From positions 1-64,000 of the forward strand of contig CBDCTZ010000005.1 in NCBI GenBank assembly GCA_965222375.1: a DNA stretch of 64,000 nt, read 5' to 3'. Source of the stretch: Polyangiaceae bacterium (GTDB taxonomy: Bacteria > Myxococcota_A > Polyangia > Polyangiales > Polyangiaceae). A program made the position numbers and the translations under genes. Each line of letters starts with the position of its first letter. Positions within the stretch are counted from its first letter, which is position 1. The notes beneath the pieces were generated by a model. That model was not told the DNA's origin and ran no database searches. It saw only the letters and a list, made by a program, of their open reading frames with translations. Positions 49,762 to 58,702 of this stretch are shown piece after piece.

Positions 49762-51732
49762 CTCGGGTGGGCCTGGTCGGTTTCCCTTCCAGGCCTCCCA
49801 CAGATCCGGACGTGCGGGACTACCGCATCCGGCTCCTCACACTACGGATTCGCTACGTTTAGTTTGCGCGCTGATCGTCGAATTCGCGCTAGCTGGAGCG
49901 GATATCGCTTCAGCAGGCATTTCATCTTCGGCCAGTTCATGCGCGATCGCCAAGAGCGGCGGTCGAGCCATTTGCGCCACAGACGGATGACCCAGTGTCG
50001 GAAGTGTCCAATCGCTTTCGAGTTTCCTGATTCCGTAATAGTCGAAGTGACCTTTCAACTTCTTCCTCAGCATCTCGCACTGCTCTTGAATTGGGTCGTG
50101 TCGGCAGCGTTGGCACCACTTGTTGATGCGCGCTAGCGCACGGCTCAAGCGGTCCTTGGCGGTCTTCTGCTTCACCACCCAGTTGCCCTTCCGGGATTTT
50201 GCCCAGAAGTGCGTGAAGCCGAGTAGGTCGAAACTGCCTGGACGTCCGCCACCTTCATCAGGTGGGCGTCGGTCCGGACGGCGGAATTCAACCAGTCTCG
50301 TCTTGTCTGGGTGCAGCGTCAGGCCGTACTTGTCGAATCGCTTCGGCAGTACTGCCATGACGCGGCGCGCATCTTCTTCGCACGAAAACATCATGGCGAC
50401 GTCGTCGGCGTAGCGGACGAGAATCGCACGACCTTTCAGTCGTGGTTTCACGTCACGCTCAAACCAGGTGTCGAGCACCTCGTGTAAGAAGATGTTCGCT
50501 AGTATTGATGAGATTAGGCCCCCTTGTGGCGTGCCGGTTTCTGGATAGCTGAGCGATCCATCCTCCTGCACACCCGCCTTCAGCCACTTCCCTATCAGTC
50601 GGAGCACGACTCCGTCACGCACCCGCTGGTGGAGCACCTCCCGAAGTTTGGCGCGGTCCAGGCTGTCGAAAAACTTGCGAATGTCGACCTCCAAAACCCA
50701 GCCACCACCCATTTTCACCGCCTCGTGTTGCACAACGGCCAGCGCATCATGTGCTGACCGTCCTGGCCGGAAGCCGTACGAGCAATCGAGGAAATCTTGC
50801 TCGTAGACCGCTTCCAGAGCCATTGCGATGGCCCGCTGCAAGACCTTGTCCTCAAACGTCGGAATGCCGATGGCTCGCATCTGCTTTCCGTCCGCCTTCG
50901 GAATTTGGACTCGCCGCACAGGTGGGGCTCGGTACGTCCCGGACTTCGCTCGGTCGAGCAGCGACTGGAGGTTCTCCTCCAGGTTTTCCGCATACTCTGC
51001 CGCGGTCTGTCCGTCGACGCCCTGGGCGCCACCCTTGCGCGTGCGCTCATGCGCTTCGCGCAACCATTCGATATCGATGTGATGGGACAGCGACGTTAAC
51101 GCTACCCCGGGCATTTGCTTCGCCAGCTCTGCTATCCGTTCGAGTCTTGTTGAGACACTTGTGGAGCTTGGTCTCTCCGACATCTTTCTCTCCTAACGGT
51201 TCCGTTGTGTGGCACTCCCTTCCCTCCACAGGGTCGCTTGGACACTTCCCCTGCTTCGACGGCTACTATGGAGCGCTCGGCCTTCTCGCCGCCCGTCCTG
51301 CGTCACTTCGTATTCCTTCGATCGGCAGTACCTTCCTTGCGAAAGGAGACGACGGGATTTCCCAGGTTCCTGGGGGACCTTGGCGCGCGTGCCTTGCTCA
51401 TCGACCCCGGTGGGTCCGCTGCATTCCATCGGACCATTCGGGCTGGCTGCCCTACTCTCTTCTGCAGCGATGTTGCCTTCCGCTCTGGGTCGACGGCGTC
51501 GGCACCCACATCTAGGTTCTTTCGGGGCTCAATCACACGGCCCACACGCTGGCTGTCTACGCTTCGCAGCTTTCCTTCCCGCTTTCGCAGTCGTACGGCC
51601 ACGCAAGACTCGCTTCCGGCTGGTGGTCCACCTTGGCCGGCCGGGACTTGTCACCCGCGAGGTCCCAGCATGAGGTTTCTTTCTACTTTCCTCTAGTTGA
51701 CCTCCTCCTCATCCAGGCTTTGCCTGGCGCAC
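49762..51732 (-). mobile_element. group II intron (about 1.97 kb)
   Basis: 5' GTGCG at 51732; DV GAGCCGGATGCG..CGCACGTCCGGATC near 49835-49803; DVI with bulged A at 49768; EBS1 CGACCC (51492-51487) complementary to the exon end GGGTCG. Confidence 0.92.
49842..51183 (-). CDS. ltrA: group II intron reverse transcriptase/maturase without En domain; frameshift near 50028
   Basis: [37 protein letters not shown]; the shifted frame restores YYGI.GN...WRKWLDRRS. Confidence 0.93.
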
Positions 51733-51766
51733 CGACCCCAAACACCCAAACGCCTTCAGCGATGTG

Positions 51767-53461
51767 TCAGTTTGGCGCGTCAGCCAGTTTCTGAACGCTG
51801 AGTGCAGTGGCGCCGGCAACCTTGAGTGCGTTGCTCGGTGGCAGCACGGAAAGCTCGCTCACGCGCACTCGCAAGAATCCGCCATGGCCGTGGCTGTGGG
51901 GGGTCCAGAAGCCCGTCACGCTGCCCGTGGCTTTTCCAGACGAGTCCAGCACTTGCACCGTCTTCTTCTCCCCGCCCTGGGGGTGCTTCATCTGCATCTG
52001 GTAGCCCCAGGCGGTACTTCCGTCCTCTCCCACGATCAGCGTCCGGAAGGTTCCCGGTGCGCGCTCCGGATCCGTGACCTTGAAGCTGGCCGTGGAGTTC
52101 ACGTACGCGAGGCGGGTGAACCACTTCTGGTAGTTGTAGTCGCTGACCCACTCGTTTTGGCAGTAGCCCATGATGTCGGTGTACTGGGCCGGGTTGATCA
52201 GCTTCTTGCTAACGATGTCGTAGCCCCAGACCCCGATCTTGCCACCCGGGTAGGGGTAGTTCGGATCAACTCCAAAGATGTTGCCGAACTGAGTGCACGG
52301 CGCATGACCCAAGCCGTGGGCATGACCGACTTCGTGCGCCATCGTGTGTTGGGGGTTGTTCTGCCCCTGTTGAAAGAAGCCGAGGCCAATCGACGTGCGG
52401 CCAGACACGTCATTGGGCGATGGCTGGTTGCTCAACCCGGCAATGCAACCACCGCCACAGAACTGCTGCGACGACGAAGCCGGAGTGAGCATGCCGAAGT
52501 AGTACGTATTCTTGGGCGGGTTGTCGCTGCTACGCACGGACTCCACGAAGTTCAAGAGTGCCGACCAACCGCTGGTGCTGGTGGGCGAAACGCCACCGGA
52601 ATAGTTCACTGGCTGGCGGACTGTGATCTTCACTTCCGGGATTGGGTAGAGCTGCAACATTCGGTCGTGCAGGATTTGGACTTGCCCCGGAGAGGTGCCG
52701 GGGGTGAAGCCGTTCACGACCACGGGCACGAGGGTGATGTTCAAGGCGGGGCCCGTGCTCTGAGCACCCAAGGCAGCCTGGCCGGTAGCGGGAAAACGCG
52801 CGCCGTCTTCCGCGCCAGCCGGGCCTCCCGGGGCGGCTTCGAGTAAGCTGACCGAATAGGTCGACCCCACGGCGAGCTGCGCGCCGGGTACTTGGAGGTT
52901 CAAGGTAGAGCCGAGGTTGCTGTCGTCGGATGCGCCATTGATCGGCTGCTTCACTTCGATGGGTGGACCGGCCCCGGGGCCCTCCAGCGTGAGCCGCGCG
53001 ACGATCTCTCGAGGTACGAAGCCTGCGTCCGGCGACACAGAAACGCGAATCAACGCATCGCGACCTGCGACAATTTGTGCGTTGCGATTGGTCACCTCAG
53101 CGCCGTTGTCCATGATCGGGATCTTCACGGCCTGGTACACCGACACCTGCGTGATCCTGATACCCGCAGCCAAGTCGTCCGTGCCGATGGAGCCGCCGGT
53201 GCCTGCCCCGCCGGTGCCCGTGCCTGCCCCCACGCCGCCACCGCCACCGCCGGACAGTCCGCAGACAGTGGGGCAGTTCTGAGTGTCTCCCGTATTGCAG
53301 ATACACTTCGAGAGACAATCCAAACAGCCACCACACTCGGGTGCGGTGGTGCACCCCGGTTGCCCCAAGTTGCCGCCTGCTCCTGGTGATCCGGATGACC
53401 CTCCGGAACTGCAACCCATCGCAACGGCGAAGGAGAACATGGCGACTGTACTGCGATACAT
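51767..53461 (-). CDS. metzincin-type zinc metalloprotease lipoprotein (M66-like)
   Basis: HEVGHAHGLGHAPC, Met-turn DIMGYC, lipobox AMGC. Confidence 0.85.
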   Translation of the reverse strand: MYRSTVAMFSFAVAMGCSSGGSSGSPGAGGNLGQPGCTTAPECGGCLDCLSKCICNTGDTQNCPTVCGLSGGGGGGVGAGTGTGGAGTGGSIGTDDLAAGIRITQVSVYQAVKIPIMDNGAEVTNRNAQIVAGRDALIRVSVSPDAGFVPREIVARLTLEGPGAGPPIEVKQPINGASDDSNLGSTLNLQVPGAQLAVGSTYSVSLLEAAPGGPAGAEDGARFPATGQAALGAQSTGPALNITLVPVVVNGFTPGTSPGQVQILHDRMLQLYPIPEVKITVRQPVNYSGGVSPTSTSGWSALLNFVESVRSSDNPPKNTYYFGMLTPASSSQQFCGGGCIAGLSNQPSPNDVSGRTSIGLGFFQQGQNNPQHTMAHEVGHAHGLGHAPCTQFGNIFGVDPNYPYPGGKIGVWGYDIVSKKLINPAQYTDIMGYCQNEWVSDYNYQKWFTRLAYVNSTASFKVTDPERAPGTFRTLIVGEDGSTAWGYQMQMKHPQGGEKKTVQVLDSSGKATGSVTGFWTPHSHGHGGFLRVRVSELSVLPPSNALKVAGATALSVQKLADAPN

Positions 53462-53604
53462 GGACGACTCCCGTTGGCTCGGCCCCAGCTCAGAGCGCGG
53501 CGGCGATATTCTGTGCCGAGATCGCCGTTTCGTCAGCCCAAACTACGAACAAATTCGAGAAAAAGTTTCAAAAACCGTCTCCGCTGGGGCCCCCAAAACC
53601 CCGT

Positions 53605-54942
53605 CTAATAGCGAAATCCACCGGCTTCCAGAACCTGCGCGAGGCCGCTTTCGCGGTCCAGGCCGCGCCAATACCGGCGCAACAGTGGGGGCAGACGGCC
53701 GGGGCCCGTGAGGCGATCATCCCACCGGGACCTGAACTCTCGGGCCTCGCTCGCCCCCTGTCGGCACACGGCCTGGCGCTCTGCGGAGCTGTGGGCGCTG
53801 CGCGCGCGTTGCACGAGACGCCGCTCGATAGCGTCCCGCTCCTCGGAGAGGCGCACGAGATTGGCGTCGAGTTGGCGCAGGCCGCGACGGTGGAGCCGCT
53901 CGTGAGCCCACCAACTACAGCGCGGGTCGTAGCGCTCGCTAGGAGCTGGAGATGCGTCCGCGTCCTCCACATCGACCCAGATCGGGCGAAACAGGCTCAA
54001 ACAAGGAGCCGATGTTCCGGTCACGTACGCCACGGGCCGGTCGGTCAAATCCGCGACCATGGATCCGGTGGTCTGCGACGCGGCCCGGGTCGGCCATGGC
54101 GCCGCGTGGCCGCACACGGTAGCGCGCACGGCCGTGCCGACGCGGCCCGGGCGATCCGGGACGCCGTGTTGGCGCAAGACGCGAAGAACAGCCTCTACAT
54201 CGATGGATCCGTGTTGGGAGCGCAGCTGCTCTTCGACGCAGCCACGGCGCGTTGGCGCGTTGGCCGCGTAGCCCATCCATGCCTTTCCAAAGGTGGCCGC
54301 GAAGTCGACTTTGCCGCACCCAGGTGCGAGGCCCCAATCTCGGGCAGTCGTCGCTAGGCCGTCTGCGGCGATATCCCAGTCGTCCCTCAGACTCAGCGCG
54401 TTCGAAATCGCACGTACGCCGCGGACGCGCTTTGCTGCCCAGAGGCGACCTGCCGTTTCTAAGACCCAGGCCGTTTCCGTGTCCGCAACGATGAAGCTGG
54501 AGTCGTAGCGGAAGCTTTTGTCGCGATGACCCGCGGGCCCGCCCTGACCGTGTTCGGAGAGCAGAGCTGTCATGATGTCGACCGCCTGGTCGGCACTGCT
54601 GGAGCGCTCGAGTCCTAGCCGAACGAGGTCCATTCCAAGCAGGCCCCGCGCCTGGAGTGGCGCTCGAGTGAACACCGCTTCGTTGCCTATCGCGACGCCG
54701 TGTTCGTTCAGCCCCATTTCCGCGCCCCACATCCAGTAGGGGCGCGAAAGCAGCACACGGTGAGTTTGGCTCACCTGGGGCACGCCCGCATAGGTCGCGA
54801 ACAGTCGGCTGCCCTCGGGCCAGGAGCGGGCCGGCACCAACTCCAGGAGTTGCGCTTCGCTCGGCTCACGGTCGCTATTTTTGGCGAAGATGGCGCGGCC
54901 CTTCACCGCCGACTCGGCAGTAATCACCAGGGTGTCGCACAT
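53605..54942 (-). CDS. C69 family dipeptidase / secernin-like Ntn hydrolase
   Basis: MCDT N-terminal nucleophile, AKNSDRE, WMWGAEMGLNEHGVAIGNEA, GTSAPCLSLF. Confidence 0.9.
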   Translation of the reverse strand: MCDTLVITAESAVKGRAIFAKNSDREPSEAQLLELVPARSWPEGSRLFATYAGVPQVSQTHRVLLSRPYWMWGAEMGLNEHGVAIGNEAVFTRAPLQARGLLGMDLVRLGLERSSSADQAVDIMTALLSEHGQGGPAGHRDKSFRYDSSFIVADTETAWVLETAGRLWAAKRVRGVRAISNALSLRDDWDIAADGLATTARDWGLAPGCGKVDFAATFGKAWMGYAANAPTRRGCVEEQLRSQHGSIDVEAVLRVLRQHGVPDRPGRVGTAVRATVCGHAAPWPTRAASQTTGSMVADLTDRPVAYVTGTSAPCLSLFRPIWVDVEDADASPAPSERYDPRCSWWAHERLHRRGLRQLDANLVRLSEERDAIERRLVQRARSAHSSAERQAVCRQGASEAREFRSRWDDRLTGPGRLPPLLRRYWRGLDRESGLAQVLEAGGFRY

Positions 54943-54992
54943 TCGGCCCGCCCTTTCTTGACAATTCCGATGCGTAAATTAGATCGATCCTC

Positions 54993-55451
54993 GTGAAGCT
55001 CTCGAATAAGGGTCGCTACGCCATCCGCGCGCTGTTCGATATCGCCTACTGCAACGACGGCAAGCCGACGCAGGTCAAGGACATCGCGCAGCGGCAGGGG
55101 ATCCCGCCGCGTTTTCTCGAGCAGATTTTTCAAGATCTGAAACGCGCCGCCATCGTTGGATCCAAACGGGGACCTCAAGGAGGATACAGCCTGGCGCGGG
55201 CCGCCGCAGAAATTCGCTTGGGCGACGTCGTGCGTGCCCTGGAAGGGCCCATCGCATTGGGGGAAAAGGAGGCGGGCCGTAAGACGCGGACGCCCCTGGA
55301 CGCGCGCCGGGTCACCGATACCGTGCTGCGCGATCTTTCGGCCCGGATCGAGGCGTGCTTCGATGCCGTCACCCTGCAAGACATCTGCGGCCGCGCCGAC
55401 GAACTGGGCATGCGCCGCCCCCGCAGCCAGCGCTACGTGTACGTGATCTAG
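54993..55451 (+). CDS. Rrf2 family regulator, CymR-like
   Basis: KGRYA, FLEQI, SKRGPQGGY, LEGPI; lacks the IscR three-Cys cluster; ends YVYVI; TTGACA at 54958. Confidence 0.88.
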   Translation: MKLSNKGRYAIRALFDIAYCNDGKPTQVKDIAQRQGIPPRFLEQIFQDLKRAAIVGSKRGPQGGYSLARAAAEIRLGDVVRALEGPIALGEKEAGRKTRTPLDARRVTDTVLRDLSARIEACFDAVTLQDICGRADELGMRRPRSQRYVYVI

Positions 55452-55455
55452 CGAG

Positions 55456-56433
55456 ATGAGTTCCGAACCCAAGTCCGTCTCTGCGTTGCCTCCGTTGCCC
55501 GCTCATCCGCGGGTCTACAGCAGCGTCATCGACCTGATCGGCAATACTGCATTGGTCGAACTCGGCCGACTGGACGCATCCCCTGCCCGCGCCCGGGTTT
55601 GGGGCAAGCTCGAAAGCATGAACCCTGGCGGTTCCGTCAAAGACCGGATCTGTCTGTCGATGATCGAGCGAGCAGAGCGAGAGGGCCTGCTGGGGCCCGG
55701 TGGCGTGGTGGTCGAGCCCACGAGTGGCAACACCGGCATTGGCCTGGCGCTCGTCTGCGCACAGCGCGGCTACCGTTGCATTCTCACCCTGCCCGAAAGC
55801 ATGAGCCTGGAGCGCAGACAACTGCTGGAGTCGTTCGGCGCGGAAGTCGTGCTCACCCCGGAGCAGGGTCAGATGCAAGGTGCCATCGAGCGGGCCGAAG
55901 AGATCGTGAAGAGCACGCCAGGTGCCTTCATGCCCCAGCAATTCGAAAACACCGCCAATCCGCAGGTGCACGCGGAGTCGACGGCGGAGGAACTGTTGGG
56001 GGCATTTGAGGGCGAACCCCTGGGAGCGTTCGTCGCCGCCGTCGGCACCGGCGGCACCGTGAGCGGCGTCGGGCACGTGCTGCGACAGCGGCAGCCGGAG
56101 TGTCGCGTGGTGGCGGTGGAGCCGGACGCTTGCGCAACGATTAGCCGTGGCGAGCGGGGACCGACCAAGATCCAGGGTCTTGCCGCGGGGTTCGTACCCA
56201 GAAACTACGATCCCGAGGCACCCCACGAAGTTCGCACCGTGACGGACGATCTCGCGTATCAAACCAAGCAGCGGTTGGCGAAGGAAGAGGGGATCCTGGT
56301 GGGCATCAGCTCTGGGGCAAATGTGGCGATCGCCCTGCAAATCGCCCGGGAACTCGGCCCCGACAACAATGTGGTTACGGTTCTTTGTGACACCGGTGAG
56401 CGCTACTTCAGCCTCGATGAGTACTTCAGCTAA
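55456..56433 (+). CDS. cysK: cysteine synthase A
   Basis: NPGGSVKDR, EPTSGNTG, QQFEN, GTGGT, KIQG, DTGERY. Confidence 0.92.
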   Translation: MSSEPKSVSALPPLPAHPRVYSSVIDLIGNTALVELGRLDASPARARVWGKLESMNPGGSVKDRICLSMIERAEREGLLGPGGVVVEPTSGNTGIGLALVCAQRGYRCILTLPESMSLERRQLLESFGAEVVLTPEQGQMQGAIERAEEIVKSTPGAFMPQQFENTANPQVHAESTAEELLGAFEGEPLGAFVAAVGTGGTVSGVGHVLRQRQPECRVVAVEPDACATISRGERGPTKIQGLAAGFVPRNYDPEAPHEVRTVTDDLAYQTKQRLAKEEGILVGISSGANVAIALQIARELGPDNNVVTVLCDTGERYFSLDEYFS

Positions 56434-57157
56434 GAGCCTGTCGGCGCAGAGTGCGCTCGTTATCGGCGTGGGTGGCTTGGGCTGCCCCGCGGTGCTTGCG
56501 CTCGCGCGCGCAGGGGTGGGCCGCCTAGTGCTCGTGGACGACGATGAGGTCGATCTCTCGAACCTGCATCGCCAGATACTCTTTCGCGAAGGGGACATTG
56601 GCCGCCACAAGCTGGACGCCGCGGCCGACGCCCTGCGCCGCGAGGGCTACGCGGGAGAGTTGGTGCTCGAGCACACTCGCTTTCTTCCCGAAAACGCCCT
56701 GGAGCTGGCGGGTCGCGCGAAGATATTGATCGAAGGTGCCGACAACTTCGCGACCAAATTCCTGGCCTGCGATGCCGCCCATTTGGCCGGCCGCCCCATC
56801 GTGCACGGCGCCGCCGTGCGCTGGAACGCCACTGCCTGGTGCGTCTCGCGCGACGGCGGCCCCTGCTACCGCTGCCTATTCGAGGACGTGCCGACTGGAG
56901 CGGCCGCGCCAAACTGCGCTGAGGCCGGCGTCATGGCACCCGTCGCGGGGCTAGCCGGCGCGCTGATCGCGGATTTGGCTCTCAGCTTCTTGTCGGGCAC
57001 GACAACGGGCCATCCGCTGTGGGCTTACGAAGGCAAGCGCGATGCACTACGCCAGGTCGAAGTGGGCCGTCGCCCAGATTGCCCGCTTTGTGGCGACAGC
57101 CCGACCATTTCCGAGATTGTCGAGGCGCGCTATGTCAGCGGCCTCTGCGCAGCATAG
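56417..57157 (+). CDS. ThiF/MoeB E1-like adenylyltransferase lacking the N-terminal RYxRQ segment and any rhodanese domain
   Basis: GVGGLG, SNLHRQ, CYRC, CAEAGV, CPLC. Confidence 0.9.
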   Translation: MSTSAKSLSAQSALVIGVGGLGCPAVLALARAGVGRLVLVDDDEVDLSNLHRQILFREGDIGRHKLDAAADALRREGYAGELVLEHTRFLPENALELAGRAKILIEGADNFATKFLACDAAHLAGRPIVHGAAVRWNATAWCVSRDGGPCYRCLFEDVPTGAAAPNCAEAGVMAPVAGLAGALIADLALSFLSGTTTGHPLWAYEGKRDALRQVEVGRRPDCPLCGDSPTISEIVEARYVSGLCAA

Positions 57158-57175
57158 ACAAGGAGACTCGCTATC

Positions 57176-57448
57176 ATGGCCGTTACCGTTCGTATTCCGA
57201 CTCCCCTCCGCACTCTCACCGGCGGTGAGGAGGCCGTTCAGGCCGAGGGCGATACCGTGGCGCAAGTGATTGAAGACATGGAGGCCAAGCATCCGGGCAT
57301 TCGCAATCGTCTGCTCGATGACAAAGGCGTTCGCCGTTTTGTGAATCTCTACGTGGGCGAGGAAGACATCCGCTTCCTGGATGGCCTAGAGACCAAGCTC
57401 AGCTCGGGGCAGGAAATCAGCATCGTGCCCGCGATCGCCGGGGGCTGA
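57176..57448 (+). CDS. MoaD/ThiS ubiquitin-like sulfur carrier (CysO-like)
   Basis: 90 aa; VRIPTPLR, RRFVN, C-terminal PAIAGG. Confidence 0.92.
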   Translation: MAVTVRIPTPLRTLTGGEEAVQAEGDTVAQVIEDMEAKHPGIRNRLLDDKGVRRFVNLYVGEEDIRFLDGLETKLSSGQEISIVPAIAGG

Positions 57449-57461
57449 CGCGGCCTGCGCG

Positions 57462-57755
57462 ATGACATCTCTCGCCGACTTCGAGCGCTACAGCCGCCAA
57501 ACCCGCCTGGCAGAGGTGGGAGCGGAGGGCCAAGCTCGCATCGGAGCCACCACGCTCTGCGTACCCGGTGGTGCTGAGGTCGAGCGGCTCTACCTAGAGC
57601 GCGCCGGGGTCGGACAAATCCTCACGAGCGACGCAGCAGAGCCAGTTGAGTTCCGCCACGCCTCCGCGTTTCGGCACCCCGCCGCCGCGAGTCTTGGCGT
57701 GCAAGCCTGGCGCGCACTGGATGCGCTGCGCGGTGTGCTCGGGGTTGGGCGATGA
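57462..57755 (+). CDS. short inactive ThiF-like protein carrying the RYSRQ arginine finger
   Basis: ERYSRQTRLAEVGAEGQARI, YLERAGVG; no GxGxxG loop and no Zn cysteines. Confidence 0.7.
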   Translation: MTSLADFERYSRQTRLAEVGAEGQARIGATTLCVPGGAEVERLYLERAGVGQILTSDAAEPVEFRHASAFRHPAAASLGVQAWRALDALRGVLGVGR

Positions 57756-58702
57756 GTCCGCGAGTTCGGGCCTCCCGCCGCCTCGGCGGTATCGTCGAGG
57801 CAATCGGCAACACACCCCTGCTGCGCTTGGAACGCGTCGCCCGCTCGGCGCCGAGCGTGGAGGTTTACGTCAAGCTCGAGTTCGCCAACCCTGGCGGCTC
57901 GGTGAAAGATCGCCCGGCGCTGCGCATCATGCAGGACGCAATCGCTGACGGACGACTGACCACCGACAAAGTGCTGGTCGACGCCACGAGCGGCAACACC
58001 GGTGTTGCCTACTCCATGGTCGGCGCGGCCCTCGGCTACCCGGTGCAGCTGGTCATGCCCAAGAACGTCACCAAGGCCCGCAAAGACATCACTCAGGTCT
58101 ACGGGGCGGAGCTGATCTACAGCGACCCCATGGAGGGTTCCGATGGCGCGATCCGATACGTACACGAACTGGTGAAGAAGCACCCGGAGCGCTACTTCTA
58201 CGCGGATCAGTACAGCAATCCGTCCAACCCGCTGGCCCACTACGACGGGACCGGTGTGGAGATTCTGGAGGTCTTGGGCGACCGGCTGACGACCTTCGTC
58301 GCCGGGCTGGGAACCAGTGGCACGTGCATGGGTACGACCCGACGCCTGCATGAACATAGTCGCCCGGTGCATTGCGTCGCTGTTCAGCCCGAGGAAGCCT
58401 TGCACGGTCTCGAAGGACTCAAGCATATGGCCAGCAGTCTCGTACCGGACATCTACGATGCTTCGTTGCCGGATGAGCACATGGCCGTCGGGACGGAGGA
58501 CGGCTGGGACATGGCCGATCGCGTCGCCGCAGAAGAAGGCTTGCACGTGGGCCACTCCTCCGGCGCGAACATCTTTGCTGCCATCAAGCTCGCGGAGCGC
58601 CTACACCGAGAGCAAGGCGGTGGCTGCGTGGTCACGATCGCTTGTGACCGCGGTGACCGCTACTTCGCACCAATGAAATGGGAGCGAAAGTACCGATGGT
58701 AG
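57752..58702 (+). CDS. cysM: cysteine synthase B-like PLP enzyme (CysM-type)
   Basis: NPGGSVKDRP, DATSGNTG, DQYSNPSN, GTSGT, LEGLKHM. Confidence 0.85.
   Translation: MSPRVRASRRLGGIVEAIGNTPLLRLERVARSAPSVEVYVKLEFANPGGSVKDRPALRIMQDAIADGRLTTDKVLVDATSGNTGVAYSMVGAALGYPVQLVMPKNVTKARKDITQVYGAELIYSDPMEGSDGAIRYVHELVKKHPERYFYADQYSNPSNPLAHYDGTGVEILEVLGDRLTTFVAGLGTSGTCMGTTRRLHEHSRPVHCVAVQPEEALHGLEGLKHMASSLVPDIYDASLPDEHMAVGTEDGWDMADRVAAEEGLHVGHSSGANIFAAIKLAERLHREQGGGCVVTIACDRGDRYFAPMKWERKYRW

Noticed and set aside
49842..51183. Retron, DGR or defence-associated reverse transcriptase
   Set aside because: It lies inside recognisable group II intron RNA (GTGCG start, DV, DVI) and has domain X; no template/variable repeat pair or msr-msd seen
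53583..53604. Further copy of the REP-like element after the C69 peptidase stop (GGGGTTTTGGGGGCCCC on the minus strand)
   Set aside because: Only the T/G-rich head resembles the family; GGTCG and CACTACTC are missing
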